DNA of 32,000 nt from Desulfocapsa sulfexigens DSM 10523 (GTDB lineage: Bacteria; Desulfobacterota; Desulfobulbia; Desulfobulbales; Desulfocapsaceae), in NCBI RefSeq assembly GCF_000341395.1, contig NC_020304.1, positions 300,001 to 332,000 on the forward strand, read 5' to 3'. Numbering within the stretch: the first letter of the stretch is position 1; every line of letters starts with the position of its first letter. The notes under the pieces were generated by a model, which searched no databases, had not been told where the DNA came from, and was given only the letters and a program-made list of their open reading frames with translations. Below are positions 19,230 through 29,410 of this stretch, piece by piece. Made by a program: the position numbers and the translations under genes.

Positions 19230-19431
19230 TTCCTGTCATGACTGCCATTTCTAAGATTGACGCTTTCGCCACTCCTCCCATGGGGTAATTAACCATAGAA
19301 ATGGCCCATTAACTCCCACTCATTGCACTAGAAAGTATTCACATCTGACCTCTGCAGATAAATACGAATCATTTAACACTTTTGGTTTCTTCCGGATCCC
19401 GTTGAAGATTACAATAATATCAGGATGTACC

Positions 19432-22200
19432 ATGAAAAAACCTGCCAATCACTCGTTTGTATTGCTTGTTCTTCTATTTCTCCTGTTGTCTCCCCTTACC
19501 GTGATCGGACAGCCAAAGGACACAGCACCCAGAGTGCTTATTCTGCTCTCCTATGACCAGAAAAACCCATGGACCGCAGCTCTCCTCGAAGGCCTGGAAG
19601 CAGGGTTGGCCACTGCGGAACCGGAGCCTGAGCTCTATATTGAATATATGGACAGCAAACGGCACAGCCAGGAAGTTCTTTTTTCGCAGCTGAAAAAGCT
19701 CTACCGGACAAAATACGGCGCCATGACCTTTGACCTTATTATCCTTGGAGACAATAACGCCTTTGATTTTTTTCTTCCCCTTCGTACATCGCTGTTTCCC
19801 GGTGTCCCGGTGGTGTTCTGTGGTGTCAACAACTTTTTCCCTGCTTCCATCGAGGGCCACGACAAGATTACAGGAGTAGTGGAAAAATCAAATATTCTCG
19901 AGACAATACAACTGGCCCTGAGCCTGCAGCCTGACACCAGGCATGTTGCGGTTCTCTCCGACAACACCCCCACCGGACTGGCATACAGAAAAGAGCTATT
20001 AGAAAGTATGTCGGCTTTGGGAAATCGAGTGAGTTTCATAGATCTCTTCAATCAGACGGAAAAGGAATTGATACGTTCCCTGGCCGACTTACCCCAAAAG
20101 AGTATTGTCCTCCTGATTTCCTTCTATCGTGATCGTAACGGAAAACAGCTCAGCATTAGGGAACAGCTGCAGCTGATTCAGAATAATACCAGCCATCCAG
20201 TTTATGCATTGTGGGATCTCTATCTGGGCCGGGGAATTGTGGGCGGTGCCCTCAGCACTGGCCATTCCCAGGGAAAAGATACTGCGCTGCTGGGCCTCCG
20301 GATCCTTGCAGGAGAGGACATGAATCAACTTTCTGTGCTCCAGACAAGTCCCAACATCCCCACGGTTGATTACAGGATGATGCAACAACATGGTTTAGCT
20401 CTGAAACGGCTCCCCGAAGGAACTGTCATCCTCAATAAGCCAGGCTCTTTTTACAGTGACCACAAACAGATTATATGGCTGACCCTACTTCTGCTGCTGC
20501 TTCAAACGCTGATCATTGTTTTCCTCATTCACACTATTCGTCGCCGCAGACTTGCTGAACTCCAGTTACAGGAGCAAAAAGATCATTTACAGGATCTCGT
20601 AACCCAGCAAACTGCTGAGCTTTCAGCGACCAATACCGAGCTGCTTGAAAAAGTAACCAGCCTCAATAATTCTCTGCAGCAGGAAGAAAACCTGACCAGG
20701 ATTATTGAAGACTCCCTTAATGAGATTTTCCTCTTTGATACCACGAGCTACAAGTTTGTCTTTGTAAATACAGGAGCCCTGCAAAATATCGGATACACCA
20801 TGGATGAACTCCTTGAGATGACTCCTCTGGATATCAAGCCCGATATCAAAAAAGCCTCTTTTGAAGAAATCATCGCCCCTTTGCTCAGCAAAAAACAGGA
20901 AAATGTCGTTTTCGAGACACTTCACAGGCGTAAGGATGGCTCCACCTACACGGTGGAAATCCACCTCCAGCAATCGGTGTATCGTTCCCAGCCTGTCTTT
21001 GTGTCCATTGGGCTCGATGTCACAGAGCGAAACAAGAGAGAGGAAGCTCTTCTGCAGAGTAATGGACAATGGGATCGAACCTTCAACTCCTTTACTGATA
21101 TTGTAACTCTTCAGGATAAGGATTTGTTAATAATTAAAGCAAACCAGGCCGCCTGTACCACCCTCGAGCTCCCCTGTGACTCCATTGTCGGCCGTCATTG
21201 TTATGAACTTTTTCACGGTGCATCGGAGATCTGCCCGGATTGTCCCACCCTCGAGACACAGAAGAGTTTAAAACCCTACAGCCGGGAGATTTACCATGAA
21301 AAACTCAACAAAACCTTTCTGGTCTCTGCAGCTCCTGTCCTGGATTCTCAAGGAAAACTGGAATATATTGCCCATGTGGCCAAAGACATCACTGCCTGGA
21401 AACAGCTGGAAGACCGGCTTCTTCTTTCTGAAAAGATGACCAGTGTTGCCGGTCTTGCTGCCGGGGTCGCCCATGAAATCAACACCCCGCTTTCGGGTAT
21501 TCTTCAGTCGGAACAGCTGATCCGGATGGGGCTTTCCCCGGATACTCCGCCAAACCTGAAAGTGGCTGAAAAGCATGGCGTAAACCTCTCCTCGGTACAG
21601 GCTTATATGAAAGAACAGGAGCTTGATTTTTTTATGGATGGCATCAGGTCTTCTGCTCTCAAGGCATCACAGATCATCAAAAGTCTCCTTGATTTCAGTC
21701 GTCCCCAGGATGGGAGCTTTTCAACCAGTGACACTAACGCACTGGTTAAAGATGCAGTGGCCCTGGCAAAATCTGACTATAACTTACGGAAAAAACATGA
21801 CATTATCAACATCAATATCGTTGAGGAATATGATAGGAATCTTCCACTTCTTTTCTGTGCGAAGGTGGAAATTGAGCAGGTCCTTCTGAATCTGATAAAA
21901 AATGCGGTTCAGGCCATGGCAGAAAACAAGATGAGAAAACCCCGCCTTATCCTGCGTACTTTGCAGGTAGGAGAGGTTATCCGTATTGAAGTGGAAGACA
22001 ATGGTCCGGGAATGGAGAATGGTTTAAAAAAACAGATCTTCAACCCATTCTTTACCACCAAGGAGATTGGAGAGGGTACAGGCCTTGGCCTTTCGGTCTC
22101 TTACACCATTATTTGTGAAAAACACCATGGAAAGATCTGGGTGGAGAGTGAAGCTGGTAAGGGCGCCAGATTTGTTGTGGAGTTACCCATAAAACAGTAA
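19432..22200 (+). CDS. Sensor histidine kinase with an ABC-substrate-binding-like sensor and two PAS domains
   Basis: 'RVLILLSYDQKNPWTAALLEGLEAGL' periplasmic module, PAS 'LNEIFLFDTTSYKFVFVNTGALQNIGYT', HisKA 'AAGVAHEINTPLSGILQS', and the HATPase N/G boxes. Confidence 0.88.
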   Translation: MKKPANHSFVLLVLLFLLLSPLTVIGQPKDTAPRVLILLSYDQKNPWTAALLEGLEAGLATAEPEPELYIEYMDSKRHSQEVLFSQLKKLYRTKYGAMTFDLIILGDNNAFDFFLPLRTSLFPGVPVVFCGVNNFFPASIEGHDKITGVVEKSNILETIQLALSLQPDTRHVAVLSDNTPTGLAYRKELLESMSALGNRVSFIDLFNQTEKELIRSLADLPQKSIVLLISFYRDRNGKQLSIREQLQLIQNNTSHPVYALWDLYLGRGIVGGALSTGHSQGKDTALLGLRILAGEDMNQLSVLQTSPNIPTVDYRMMQQHGLALKRLPEGTVILNKPGSFYSDHKQIIWLTLLLLLLQTLIIVFLIHTIRRRRLAELQLQEQKDHLQDLVTQQTAELSATNTELLEKVTSLNNSLQQEENLTRIIEDSLNEIFLFDTTSYKFVFVNTGALQNIGYTMDELLEMTPLDIKPDIKKASFEEIIAPLLSKKQENVVFETLHRRKDGSTYTVEIHLQQSVYRSQPVFVSIGLDVTERNKREEALLQSNGQWDRTFNSFTDIVTLQDKDLLIIKANQAACTTLELPCDSIVGRHCYELFHGASEICPDCPTLETQKSLKPYSREIYHEKLNKTFLVSAAPVLDSQGKLEYIAHVAKDITAWKQLEDRLLLSEKMTSVAGLAAGVAHEINTPLSGILQSEQLIRMGLSPDTPPNLKVAEKHGVNLSSVQAYMKEQELDFFMDGIRSSALKASQIIKSLLDFSRPQDGSFSTSDTNALVKDAVALAKSDYNLRKKHDIININIVEEYDRNLPLLFCAKVEIEQVLLNLIKNAVQAMAENKMRKPRLILRTLQVGEVIRIEVEDNGPGMENGLKKQIFNPFFTTKEIGEGTGLGLSVSYTIICEKHHGKIWVESEAGKGARFVVELPIKQ

Positions 22201-22465
22201 AGAAAATCCAGGTGACCGAATACCAGCAATCCTGTCGCACATGAATAGTGTTACAGAGAAGGGACACCTTTAAGGTGATGGCAAGCTACCTGGAAGAGGA
22301 TAATATTGCGAGTATTTAAGATTTTCCTTACACATAAAACTTGCGTTTATCTTTTAGGAGTGATAACTAACTGAGAAAATTTTCATTAAGATAAAAGATC
22401 AGGCCTTAGATGTACACTCCCCTCAGCAATGGGCCCGTATCATCACTTAGTAACAGCGAGCAACT

Positions 22466-25417
22466 ATGCCTGAAAAAAACATATCCCGTTGGATCTGGAC
22501 AATGGGCTATCGGGCCAAGGCCCTGACAATAGTCTCTACCACCATTCTTATCCTCGCCTGTGTCACCCTCTTCTACGGCATCAGGGAGCACAACAGAACC
22601 ATAGAGTTGCTGATTGCAAAGACTGAAGCGGATATTCACGCCACAGTGAGAGAGGCTCGGCATCGATCCCTCACAGACTATGAGAAACGACTGCAAACCT
22701 TTCTTCAGGTGAACCCGGAGATTATCACGGCCTTTGCAGAACATGACCGTGAGCGTCTTTATGCTCTCAGTCTGCCCCGTCTCAAGACACTGCAACGGGA
22801 AAACAAATTGTTCAGCAATATCCACTTTCATCTGCCCGATGGAACCTCCTTTCTTCGCGTAAATGATCCGGAGCACTGGGGAGACAACCTTCTACAGGAC
22901 AGACCTTCACTGAAAAAAATCCATGCGGAACGAACCCCGCTTTCCGGCTTTGAAATCGGAGTCCATGGCGGATTCTTTCGGGTCATAGCCCCGGTCTTTC
23001 TGCGGGAACGTTATATCGGAGCAATGGAATTTGGTTTGGATATGCATCAGTCCGTTGATATAATACAAAGAATACTGCGCATGCCGACAACCAGCTGTTT
23101 TCCGATTGAACACTGGAAACACGCCGTTCAGTTCACTAAATTTCCAATGGTTTATCGTGGCCAGTATGCGATCAACAGCCATGGGGATCCAATTTATGCC
23201 AAGCTCCCCTCTAATCTCCCCATGGATCGGGAGTATCATAGCCGCGTTGAGATCGAGGGAAGTCATTATATCGTTCATACCCACCAAATTTTCAATGATT
23301 TTGAGAAGAGGGAAATCGGGGGCTTGATTATACTCCAGGACATCACTGACCTTATCCTCAACAAGCGGCATTTTATCGCACAAGCCATCATTTTTACCAT
23401 CTTTTTCCTGGTACTGGGCATTACTGTACTCCATCTCAGTTTCAACCGACTCTTTGGAAACATGGAAAGAGAGGTCGCAAAACGGGAGGAGGCAACAGCC
23501 AGCATGGAGCGTGCGGCACGCCAATGGACTGCCGCCATGGATTCTGAAAGTGATGCGGTCTACATCCTGGATCTTGATCGAAAGCTCATCCAGGCAAACA
23601 GGGCCTTTTATAAAGCAATGGCCACGGATATGGAAACGGCCTTGGGCCGTCCCATTGAAGAGATCGTTCACCCCCATGGGGAAACTGCGCCCTGCCCCAT
23701 CGCCCAGGCCCAGAAAGAACTGCGGGATGGACAATTTCTGCGGGAGGTGGATGACCCGGATAATTCCAGCGGCCTGCCTTTGGAAATTACTGTGACAATC
23801 ATAAGAGATCATGACGATAAACCTCTTAGTATTTTTATGCGGCGTCACGACCTCAGTGAACAACGGGCAGTGGAAAACCGGTTGCGTAAGAGCAAGGAAG
23901 AATGGGAACGAACCTTTGATTCTATTGCAGATCTGGTAACCATTCAAGACAAGAACATGCAAATTGTAAGGGCAAATCGGGCAGCGGAAGAATTTTTTCA
24001 GGTGAAGCGCGGAGGTTTGAGTGGTCTGTACTGCTATGAGGTCTTTCGCGGCAAGAACAGCCCCTGCCAGGATTGCCCAATGCTCAGTATCAAAAAAGAT
24101 AGTAAAGAGCACCCTCCCATTATTCACCATGACAACCTGCAAAAGACCTTTCATATCTCCTCATCCCCCCTGCTTGATGCCGATGACAACGTTGAATACC
24201 TGGTGCATATTGCCAGGGATATCACGACCCAGAAGGCGCTTGAGGAGGAGCTGTATCAGGCACATAAAATGGAGGCCATCGGCACAATGGCCGGTGGTAT
24301 TGCCCATGACTTCAATAATATTCTTGCTGCCATCGTCGGCTTTGCGGAGTTAGTACGTGCTGATCTGGCCGAGGGCAGTCCGTCACGGGAAGATATGGAT
24401 CAAATTATTCAGGCGGCAGACAGGGCGAAAAGTCTGGTACAGCAGATACTCAGCTTCAGCCGAAAAGGCAGTCACCAGCTGCAGATTTTTGCCCCCTCAT
24501 CCGTTGTCCACGAGGTGGCGAAGCTGCTGCATTCCACCCTGCCAAGCACGGTAACCATAGAAGAGACCATTGAAAAGGATACCGGAACAATCAATGCGGA
24601 TCCGACCCGGATCCACCAGATCGTTATGAACCTCTGCACCAATGCTTTCCATGCCATGGAGGGAGAAAAAGGTATCCTTGGTATCAGTCTGCAGCAACAG
24701 GAGATCACCAGTGAAGCCGCCCATAACAAAAAAATTCCACCGGGAAATTATGTCGTTCTTGAGGTGAGAGATACGGGATGTGGTATGGATAAAACAACAC
24801 AGGAACGGATTTTTGACCCTTTTTACACCACCAAAACGGTTGGCAAGGGAACCGGGATGGGGCTCTCTGTTCTCCATGGAATAGTCAAAGACTACCATGG
24901 GTTTATTGAAGTTGAGAGTTGTAAAGGGATAGGCAGTACATTCCGCGTCTATTTTCCATCCGTAAAGACGACCGACGAACCACTTCCTGTCCACACGGAA
25001 AAAAACACAAAGGCTGCAGATATTCCAGGGAGTGAAGAAATTCTTGTTGTTGATGATGACCCACTGCTTGTCCGTATTAACGGGCGTCTTCTCGGGGATC
25101 TCGGCTATCGGGTGACGGAAATGACCTCCAGTACAGAGGCTCTGGAAAAAGTACGCCTGGAACCGCACCGCTTTGATCTCCTTATCACCGACCAAACCAT
25201 GCCACAACTCACCGGAACCGAACTGGCCGCCTCGATAATGAAGATCAGCCCGAAGACAGCGGTGATCATGTGCACCGGACACTCCGGCCTGGTTTCAAAA
25301 GAAGATGCACTGGCCATGGGTATCAACCGTTTTGTCTACAAACCAATTAAAGGGATGGAATTAATTGAGGCTGTGCGCGAGGTTTTGAATGAAACCCGGA
25401 GGGCTTCAAGGTCCTGA
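22466..25417 (+). CDS. Hybrid sensor histidine kinase: periplasmic sensor, PAS x2, HisKA/HATPase, REC
   Basis: 'MAGGIAHDFNNILAAIVGFAELV' (H box), 'DTGCGMDKTTQERIFDPFYTTKTVGKGTGMGLSVLHGIV', and C-terminal REC 'EEILVVDDDPLLVRINGRLL...DLLITDQTMPQ'. Confidence 0.92.
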   Translation: MPEKNISRWIWTMGYRAKALTIVSTTILILACVTLFYGIREHNRTIELLIAKTEADIHATVREARHRSLTDYEKRLQTFLQVNPEIITAFAEHDRERLYALSLPRLKTLQRENKLFSNIHFHLPDGTSFLRVNDPEHWGDNLLQDRPSLKKIHAERTPLSGFEIGVHGGFFRVIAPVFLRERYIGAMEFGLDMHQSVDIIQRILRMPTTSCFPIEHWKHAVQFTKFPMVYRGQYAINSHGDPIYAKLPSNLPMDREYHSRVEIEGSHYIVHTHQIFNDFEKREIGGLIILQDITDLILNKRHFIAQAIIFTIFFLVLGITVLHLSFNRLFGNMEREVAKREEATASMERAARQWTAAMDSESDAVYILDLDRKLIQANRAFYKAMATDMETALGRPIEEIVHPHGETAPCPIAQAQKELRDGQFLREVDDPDNSSGLPLEITVTIIRDHDDKPLSIFMRRHDLSEQRAVENRLRKSKEEWERTFDSIADLVTIQDKNMQIVRANRAAEEFFQVKRGGLSGLYCYEVFRGKNSPCQDCPMLSIKKDSKEHPPIIHHDNLQKTFHISSSPLLDADDNVEYLVHIARDITTQKALEEELYQAHKMEAIGTMAGGIAHDFNNILAAIVGFAELVRADLAEGSPSREDMDQIIQAADRAKSLVQQILSFSRKGSHQLQIFAPSSVVHEVAKLLHSTLPSTVTIEETIEKDTGTINADPTRIHQIVMNLCTNAFHAMEGEKGILGISLQQQEITSEAAHNKKIPPGNYVVLEVRDTGCGMDKTTQERIFDPFYTTKTVGKGTGMGLSVLHGIVKDYHGFIEVESCKGIGSTFRVYFPSVKTTDEPLPVHTEKNTKAADIPGSEEILVVDDDPLLVRINGRLLGDLGYRVTEMTSSTEALEKVRLEPHRFDLLITDQTMPQLTGTELAASIMKISPKTAVIMCTGHSGLVSKEDALAMGINRFVYKPIKGMELIEAVREVLNETRRASRS

Positions 25418-25450
25418 CGTTCCTGTTTTTTTTGCCATGGTAATTCTACA

Positions 25451-25690
25451 CAAAAAACATAGCCGGAGACCCCGCCCTACATGATATTTCTGTTGGTCGG
25501 CCCATATCTTCGGAGTCTCCTACCTCACTGGGGCTTCCGTCTAATCCTGCCTCACGGGAGCACCCTTGCCATCGGCGGGTCATTTTGTTACCTTCCAAAA
25601 CGTCACATCGCCCCCCTTAGAGGAAACTCCCCCCACCAGGCCCGCATCTTAGCTTTGTGTTGGGCATCAATAACCCGAGCTTAGAATTAT
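25451..25690 (-). mobile_element. Probable truncated group II intron RNA remnant (5'/domain I part), no RT ORF
   Basis: On the minus strand: 'AAGGTAACAAAATGACCCGCCGATGGCAAGGGTGCTCCCGTGA...GACGGAAGCCCCAG....GGGCCGACCAACAGAAATATCATGTAGGGCGG'. This resembles the conserved group II intron 'GTAACxAAxTGAxCCGCC...GGxAAGGGTG...GGAAGCC...CGAACAGAAxTCATATAGGGC' pattern. Confidence 0.5.
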
Positions 25691-25691
25691 C

Positions 25692-26774
25692 ATGGCAATA
25701 CTTTTTTTTATCACCGGGCTGATCTTTTTAATTGTCGGTGCGGAAGCATTAGTGAGGGGCTCATCCCGCTTAGCGGCTGCTGTAGGTATATCACCACTGG
25801 TCATCGGGCTGACTGTCGTTGCATTTGGTACCAGCTCACCTGAACTTGCGGTAAGCATCAAATCAGCGCTATCCAACCAGGCGAGTCTTGCCGTTGGAAA
25901 CGTTATTGGAAGTAATATTTTCAATGTTCTCTTTATTCTCGGCCTTTCAGCCTTGATTGTGCCACTTTCCGTATCGCAACAACTGGTCCGGCTTGATGTA
26001 CCTCTAATGATAACAATCTCGGTTGTTGTCCTTGTTTTATCGCTGGATGGAATTTTCAGTCGCACTGATGGTCTCATGCTGGTCACAGGTCTCGCTACAT
26101 ACATCTCTTTTTTGATTTACCAAAGCCGCAGGGAAAACTCTCATGTGCAAGAGGAGTATGCGAAAGAATTTGGGACTGAAAAAAATGTAACAAACAGCTG
26201 GACTAAAAACATCGTCATGGTCCTTAGTGGCCTCGCACTGTTGGTGCTTGGCTCGCGCTGGCTCGTCAACGGAGCAGTCTCCTTTGCCCAATATCTGGGT
26301 GTCAGCGAACTGGTTATCGGGTTGACGATTGTTTCAGCCGGTACATCCCTCCCTGAAGTTGTTACCTCCGTCATTGCCGCGGTTCGCGGCGAGCGGGACA
26401 TTGCTGTTGGGAATGTTATTGGCAGTAATATCTTCAACATTATGGGCGTACTTGGATGTGCCAGCATAGTGGCGCCAATGGGCATCGAGGTGGCCACTGC
26501 GATCTCCAGGTTCGATATTCCGGTAATGATCGCTGTAGCCTTTGCATGCCTGCCAATATTCTATACAGGTGGTTTGATTAGCAGAAAAGAGGGTGCATTG
26601 TTTCTCAGCTACTACGTGGCCTATACCTTTTATCTCGTCTTCGCCGCATCTCACCATGACGCATTGCCTGTTTTTAATGCAGCCATGCTCTACTTCATAA
26701 TCCCTCTAACTATGGTCACACTGATCATTGTGGCGTTACGGGAAATGCACAACAGGAAAAATCGTTCGGAATGA
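25692..26774 (+). CDS. Calcium/sodium antiporter, CaCA family (YrbG-like)
   Basis: Two alpha repeats: 'GISPLVIGLTVVAFGTSSPELAVSIKSAL...GNVIGSNIFNVLFILG' and 'GVSELVIGLTIVSAGTSLPEVVTSVIAA...GNVIGSNIFNIMGVLG'. Confidence 0.95.
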   Translation: MAILFFITGLIFLIVGAEALVRGSSRLAAAVGISPLVIGLTVVAFGTSSPELAVSIKSALSNQASLAVGNVIGSNIFNVLFILGLSALIVPLSVSQQLVRLDVPLMITISVVVLVLSLDGIFSRTDGLMLVTGLATYISFLIYQSRRENSHVQEEYAKEFGTEKNVTNSWTKNIVMVLSGLALLVLGSRWLVNGAVSFAQYLGVSELVIGLTIVSAGTSLPEVVTSVIAAVRGERDIAVGNVIGSNIFNIMGVLGCASIVAPMGIEVATAISRFDIPVMIAVAFACLPIFYTGGLISRKEGALFLSYYVAYTFYLVFAASHHDALPVFNAAMLYFIIPLTMVTLIIVALREMHNRKNRSE

Positions 26775-26905
26775 AACCGGAGACATACAAATCCGACATC
26801 CAGAAATATTCCTCAAATATTTAGTAGTAACAATTACAGAGACGAACATAGAGGATTGTTAAATGTCTTTCATCAGAGAAGATAATATCGGCAAAAGCAG
26901 CTTTA

Positions 26906-29302
26906 TTGGATGAAACAGAAACCACTTTAGTAGATACAGATTTACACAATTCACTGTTCGAGTCTCTACAACTTTACTATAGTCCGTTCATGAAAAAAGT
27001 TTCTTTCTTCACATTGGCCTTTCTTATATTGACGGCAATCTCTCTCCTTGCGGTCGCGGTGTATGTACTCGACCTCGACAGACAAATCTCGACTCACTTC
27101 GAAGGGAGGCGTTGGGAGCTCCCGGCTCGGATTTATGCCCGGCCCCTTGAGCTGTATATCGGGAAAACACTCACACTCGATGAGTTGACAAAAGAACTTC
27201 TCCAATTGCACTACAGCCAGATAGAGAGTCCTGAAAAACCTGGTGAATACAGTGTTCGAGGTAACAGAGTTATATTCTACAGCCGCAATTCCCCTTTTCC
27301 TGATGCCCTGCGTCCTGCTATGGCAGTTGAGCTTGCGATCCAGGATAAAACCATTACTCACCTTGCAGACCACAACACTCAAGAACCAATCACCCTGTTC
27401 CAGTTAGAACCGGTACAGTATGCTTCCATATATCCGACTCATAACGAAGACCGATTGTTGATTAACCTGGCAGATGTGCCGGAGTTACTTATCAGGACTC
27501 TGCTCCTGGTGGAAGACAAAAGTTTTTATAACCATTGGGGTATCCGGCCTACGGCAATCATCAGGGCCGCTCTTGCTAACATCAAGGCTGGCAAGACCGT
27601 GCAGGGCGGCAGCACACTGACCCAGCAACTGGTAAAAAACATCTTTCTCAGCAGTGAACAAACCCTGCCCCGAAAGATCAACGAGGCTGTCATGGCCCTG
27701 CTGCTTGAATACCATTACAGCAAGGATGAGATCATGGAAGCCTATCTCAACGAGGTCTATCTTGGCCAGGACGGGAAACGTGCTATTCATGGCTTTGCCA
27801 TGGCAAGCAGATTCTATTACGGTCGGGATCTCGCGGAGTTGGAACCGGCACAGATTGCCTTGCTGGTTGGAATCGTCAAGGGAGCGTCCTACTATAACCC
27901 CAGACGACACCCTGAGCGGGCAACAGCACGGCGTAATCAGGTTCTCGACATCCTGGCGTCTGCGAAAGGAATCGTCCCGGAAAAAACCGAGCAACTAAAG
28001 AACAGTCCTCTCACCGTTACCCAGAAAATCCCCTCCGGTATCACCCCCTATCCGGCGTTTTTGCAGTTGGTACGCAAACAGTTGAAGAGGGATTACAAAG
28101 ACGCAGACCTGCGCAGTGAAGGCTTGTCGATCTTCACAACCCTGGATCCAATCATCCAACAACAGGCAGAAAAGAGCCTTACCGGTGAGCTTGCTACCAT
28201 TGAAAAAAACAGAGGAGACAAGCCCCCGAAAACGCTTCAGGGATCCCTGGTCATTGCCTCGGTAGATCAGGGCGAGGTAGTCGCTGTTGTCGGTAGCCGC
28301 ACTCCAGGACAGGCCGGGTTTAACCGGGCACTGGATATGAAACGGCCCATCGGCTCGATTATTAAGCCGGCGGTTTACCTGACCGCCCTGACCCGACCCG
28401 AGTCATATAACCTGCTGACCACCCTGTATGACACCCCACTCAAGGTGCCGATGAGTGGAAAAGACTGGCAACCAGAAAACTATGACAAAACGTTTCATGG
28501 GCCGTTGCCCCTGATACAGGCATTGGCACATTCGTATAACGTGGCCACCGTCCAGCTAGGGATGGACCTGGGCCTTGACGCCGTTATCGACACAATACAT
28601 GGGCTCGGCATAGAAGAAGATATCACCGCCTATCCGTCACTGTTGCTGGGAGCCATCGAACTGCCACCCATTGATGTCCTGCAGGTGTACCAGACCATTG
28701 CTGCTGGTGGCTACAAAACCCCACTGCGCTCCATCCTGGCCGTTACCGACCAGACGAACACCACCCTGCAACGCTATCCGCTAACAGTGCAGCAGGCTGC
28801 AGATCCGGGTGCAGTCTTCTGCCTGACAACGGCCCTGCAGGCAGCCACGACCACGGGTACTGCCAAATCCATACAACACCTCCTGCCGGAAGGCCTGACG
28901 GTGGCCGGGAAAACAGGAACTACAGATAACTTGCGTGACTCCTGGTTTGCCGGCTTCAGCGGTCAACACGTTGCAGTGGCCTGGGTGGGACGCGATGACA
29001 ATACGTCGACCGGTCTCACCGGAGCAACTGGTGCACTGAAGATATGGGCAGCAACCATGGCCGGAATCAGTACCAGTCCGCTGCAACCACAACCACCCGA
29101 GACTATTGACTGGTATTATTCAGACATTTCTGCCGGCACAATACTCAATCCAAAATGCGGCAAAGACCAGGGACCAGCGCTGCCCTTTATTCGAGGTGGT
29201 GTGCTGCCCGAAGCCAGCTCCTGCAAACAGGAGCAACATGACAACAGCTTTGAACAAAAGCTGCAAAGAGGAATAAACAACATCCTTGATTTCTTGCACT
29301 GA
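26906..29302 (+). CDS. mrcB: Penicillin-binding protein 1B (bifunctional transglycosylase/transpeptidase)
   Basis: GT51 'LLLVEDKSFYNHWGIRPTAIIRAALANIKAGKTVQGGSTLTQQLVKN', transpeptidase 'RPIGSIIKPAVY', 'YNVATVQLG' and 'GKTGTTDNLRDSWFAGFSG'. Confidence 0.93.
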   Translation: MDETETTLVDTDLHNSLFESLQLYYSPFMKKVSFFTLAFLILTAISLLAVAVYVLDLDRQISTHFEGRRWELPARIYARPLELYIGKTLTLDELTKELLQLHYSQIESPEKPGEYSVRGNRVIFYSRNSPFPDALRPAMAVELAIQDKTITHLADHNTQEPITLFQLEPVQYASIYPTHNEDRLLINLADVPELLIRTLLLVEDKSFYNHWGIRPTAIIRAALANIKAGKTVQGGSTLTQQLVKNIFLSSEQTLPRKINEAVMALLLEYHYSKDEIMEAYLNEVYLGQDGKRAIHGFAMASRFYYGRDLAELEPAQIALLVGIVKGASYYNPRRHPERATARRNQVLDILASAKGIVPEKTEQLKNSPLTVTQKIPSGITPYPAFLQLVRKQLKRDYKDADLRSEGLSIFTTLDPIIQQQAEKSLTGELATIEKNRGDKPPKTLQGSLVIASVDQGEVVAVVGSRTPGQAGFNRALDMKRPIGSIIKPAVYLTALTRPESYNLLTTLYDTPLKVPMSGKDWQPENYDKTFHGPLPLIQALAHSYNVATVQLGMDLGLDAVIDTIHGLGIEEDITAYPSLLLGAIELPPIDVLQVYQTIAAGGYKTPLRSILAVTDQTNTTLQRYPLTVQQAADPGAVFCLTTALQAATTTGTAKSIQHLLPEGLTVAGKTGTTDNLRDSWFAGFSGQHVAVAWVGRDDNTSTGLTGATGALKIWAATMAGISTSPLQPQPPETIDWYYSDISAGTILNPKCGKDQGPALPFIRGGVLPEASSCKQEQHDNSFEQKLQRGINNILDFLH

Positions 29303-29410
29303 TAGATTTAATAATCGAAGGAGTATTCATCCTGAAACGAGGATTTTTGAAATCTGTGGAGAAGCGACTGGATAACTGGACGTAATCATAAAGACCTATG
29401 GGGTAACACC

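Noticed and set aside
22907-24154. 415-aa minus-strand ORF opposite the hybrid kinase
   Set aside because: It is long, but the sense frame encodes continuous sensor/PAS domains. The antisense product has no recognisable domain and is best explained by codon bias.
24497-25282. 261-aa minus-strand ORF opposite the kinase HATPase/REC region
   Set aside because: The sense strand encodes invariant histidine kinase and REC motifs, so the antisense frame is fortuitous.
25481-25684. 67-aa plus-strand ORF between the kinase and the antiporter
   Set aside because: There is no protein signature. The region reads better as an antisense structured-RNA (group II intron-like) remnant.
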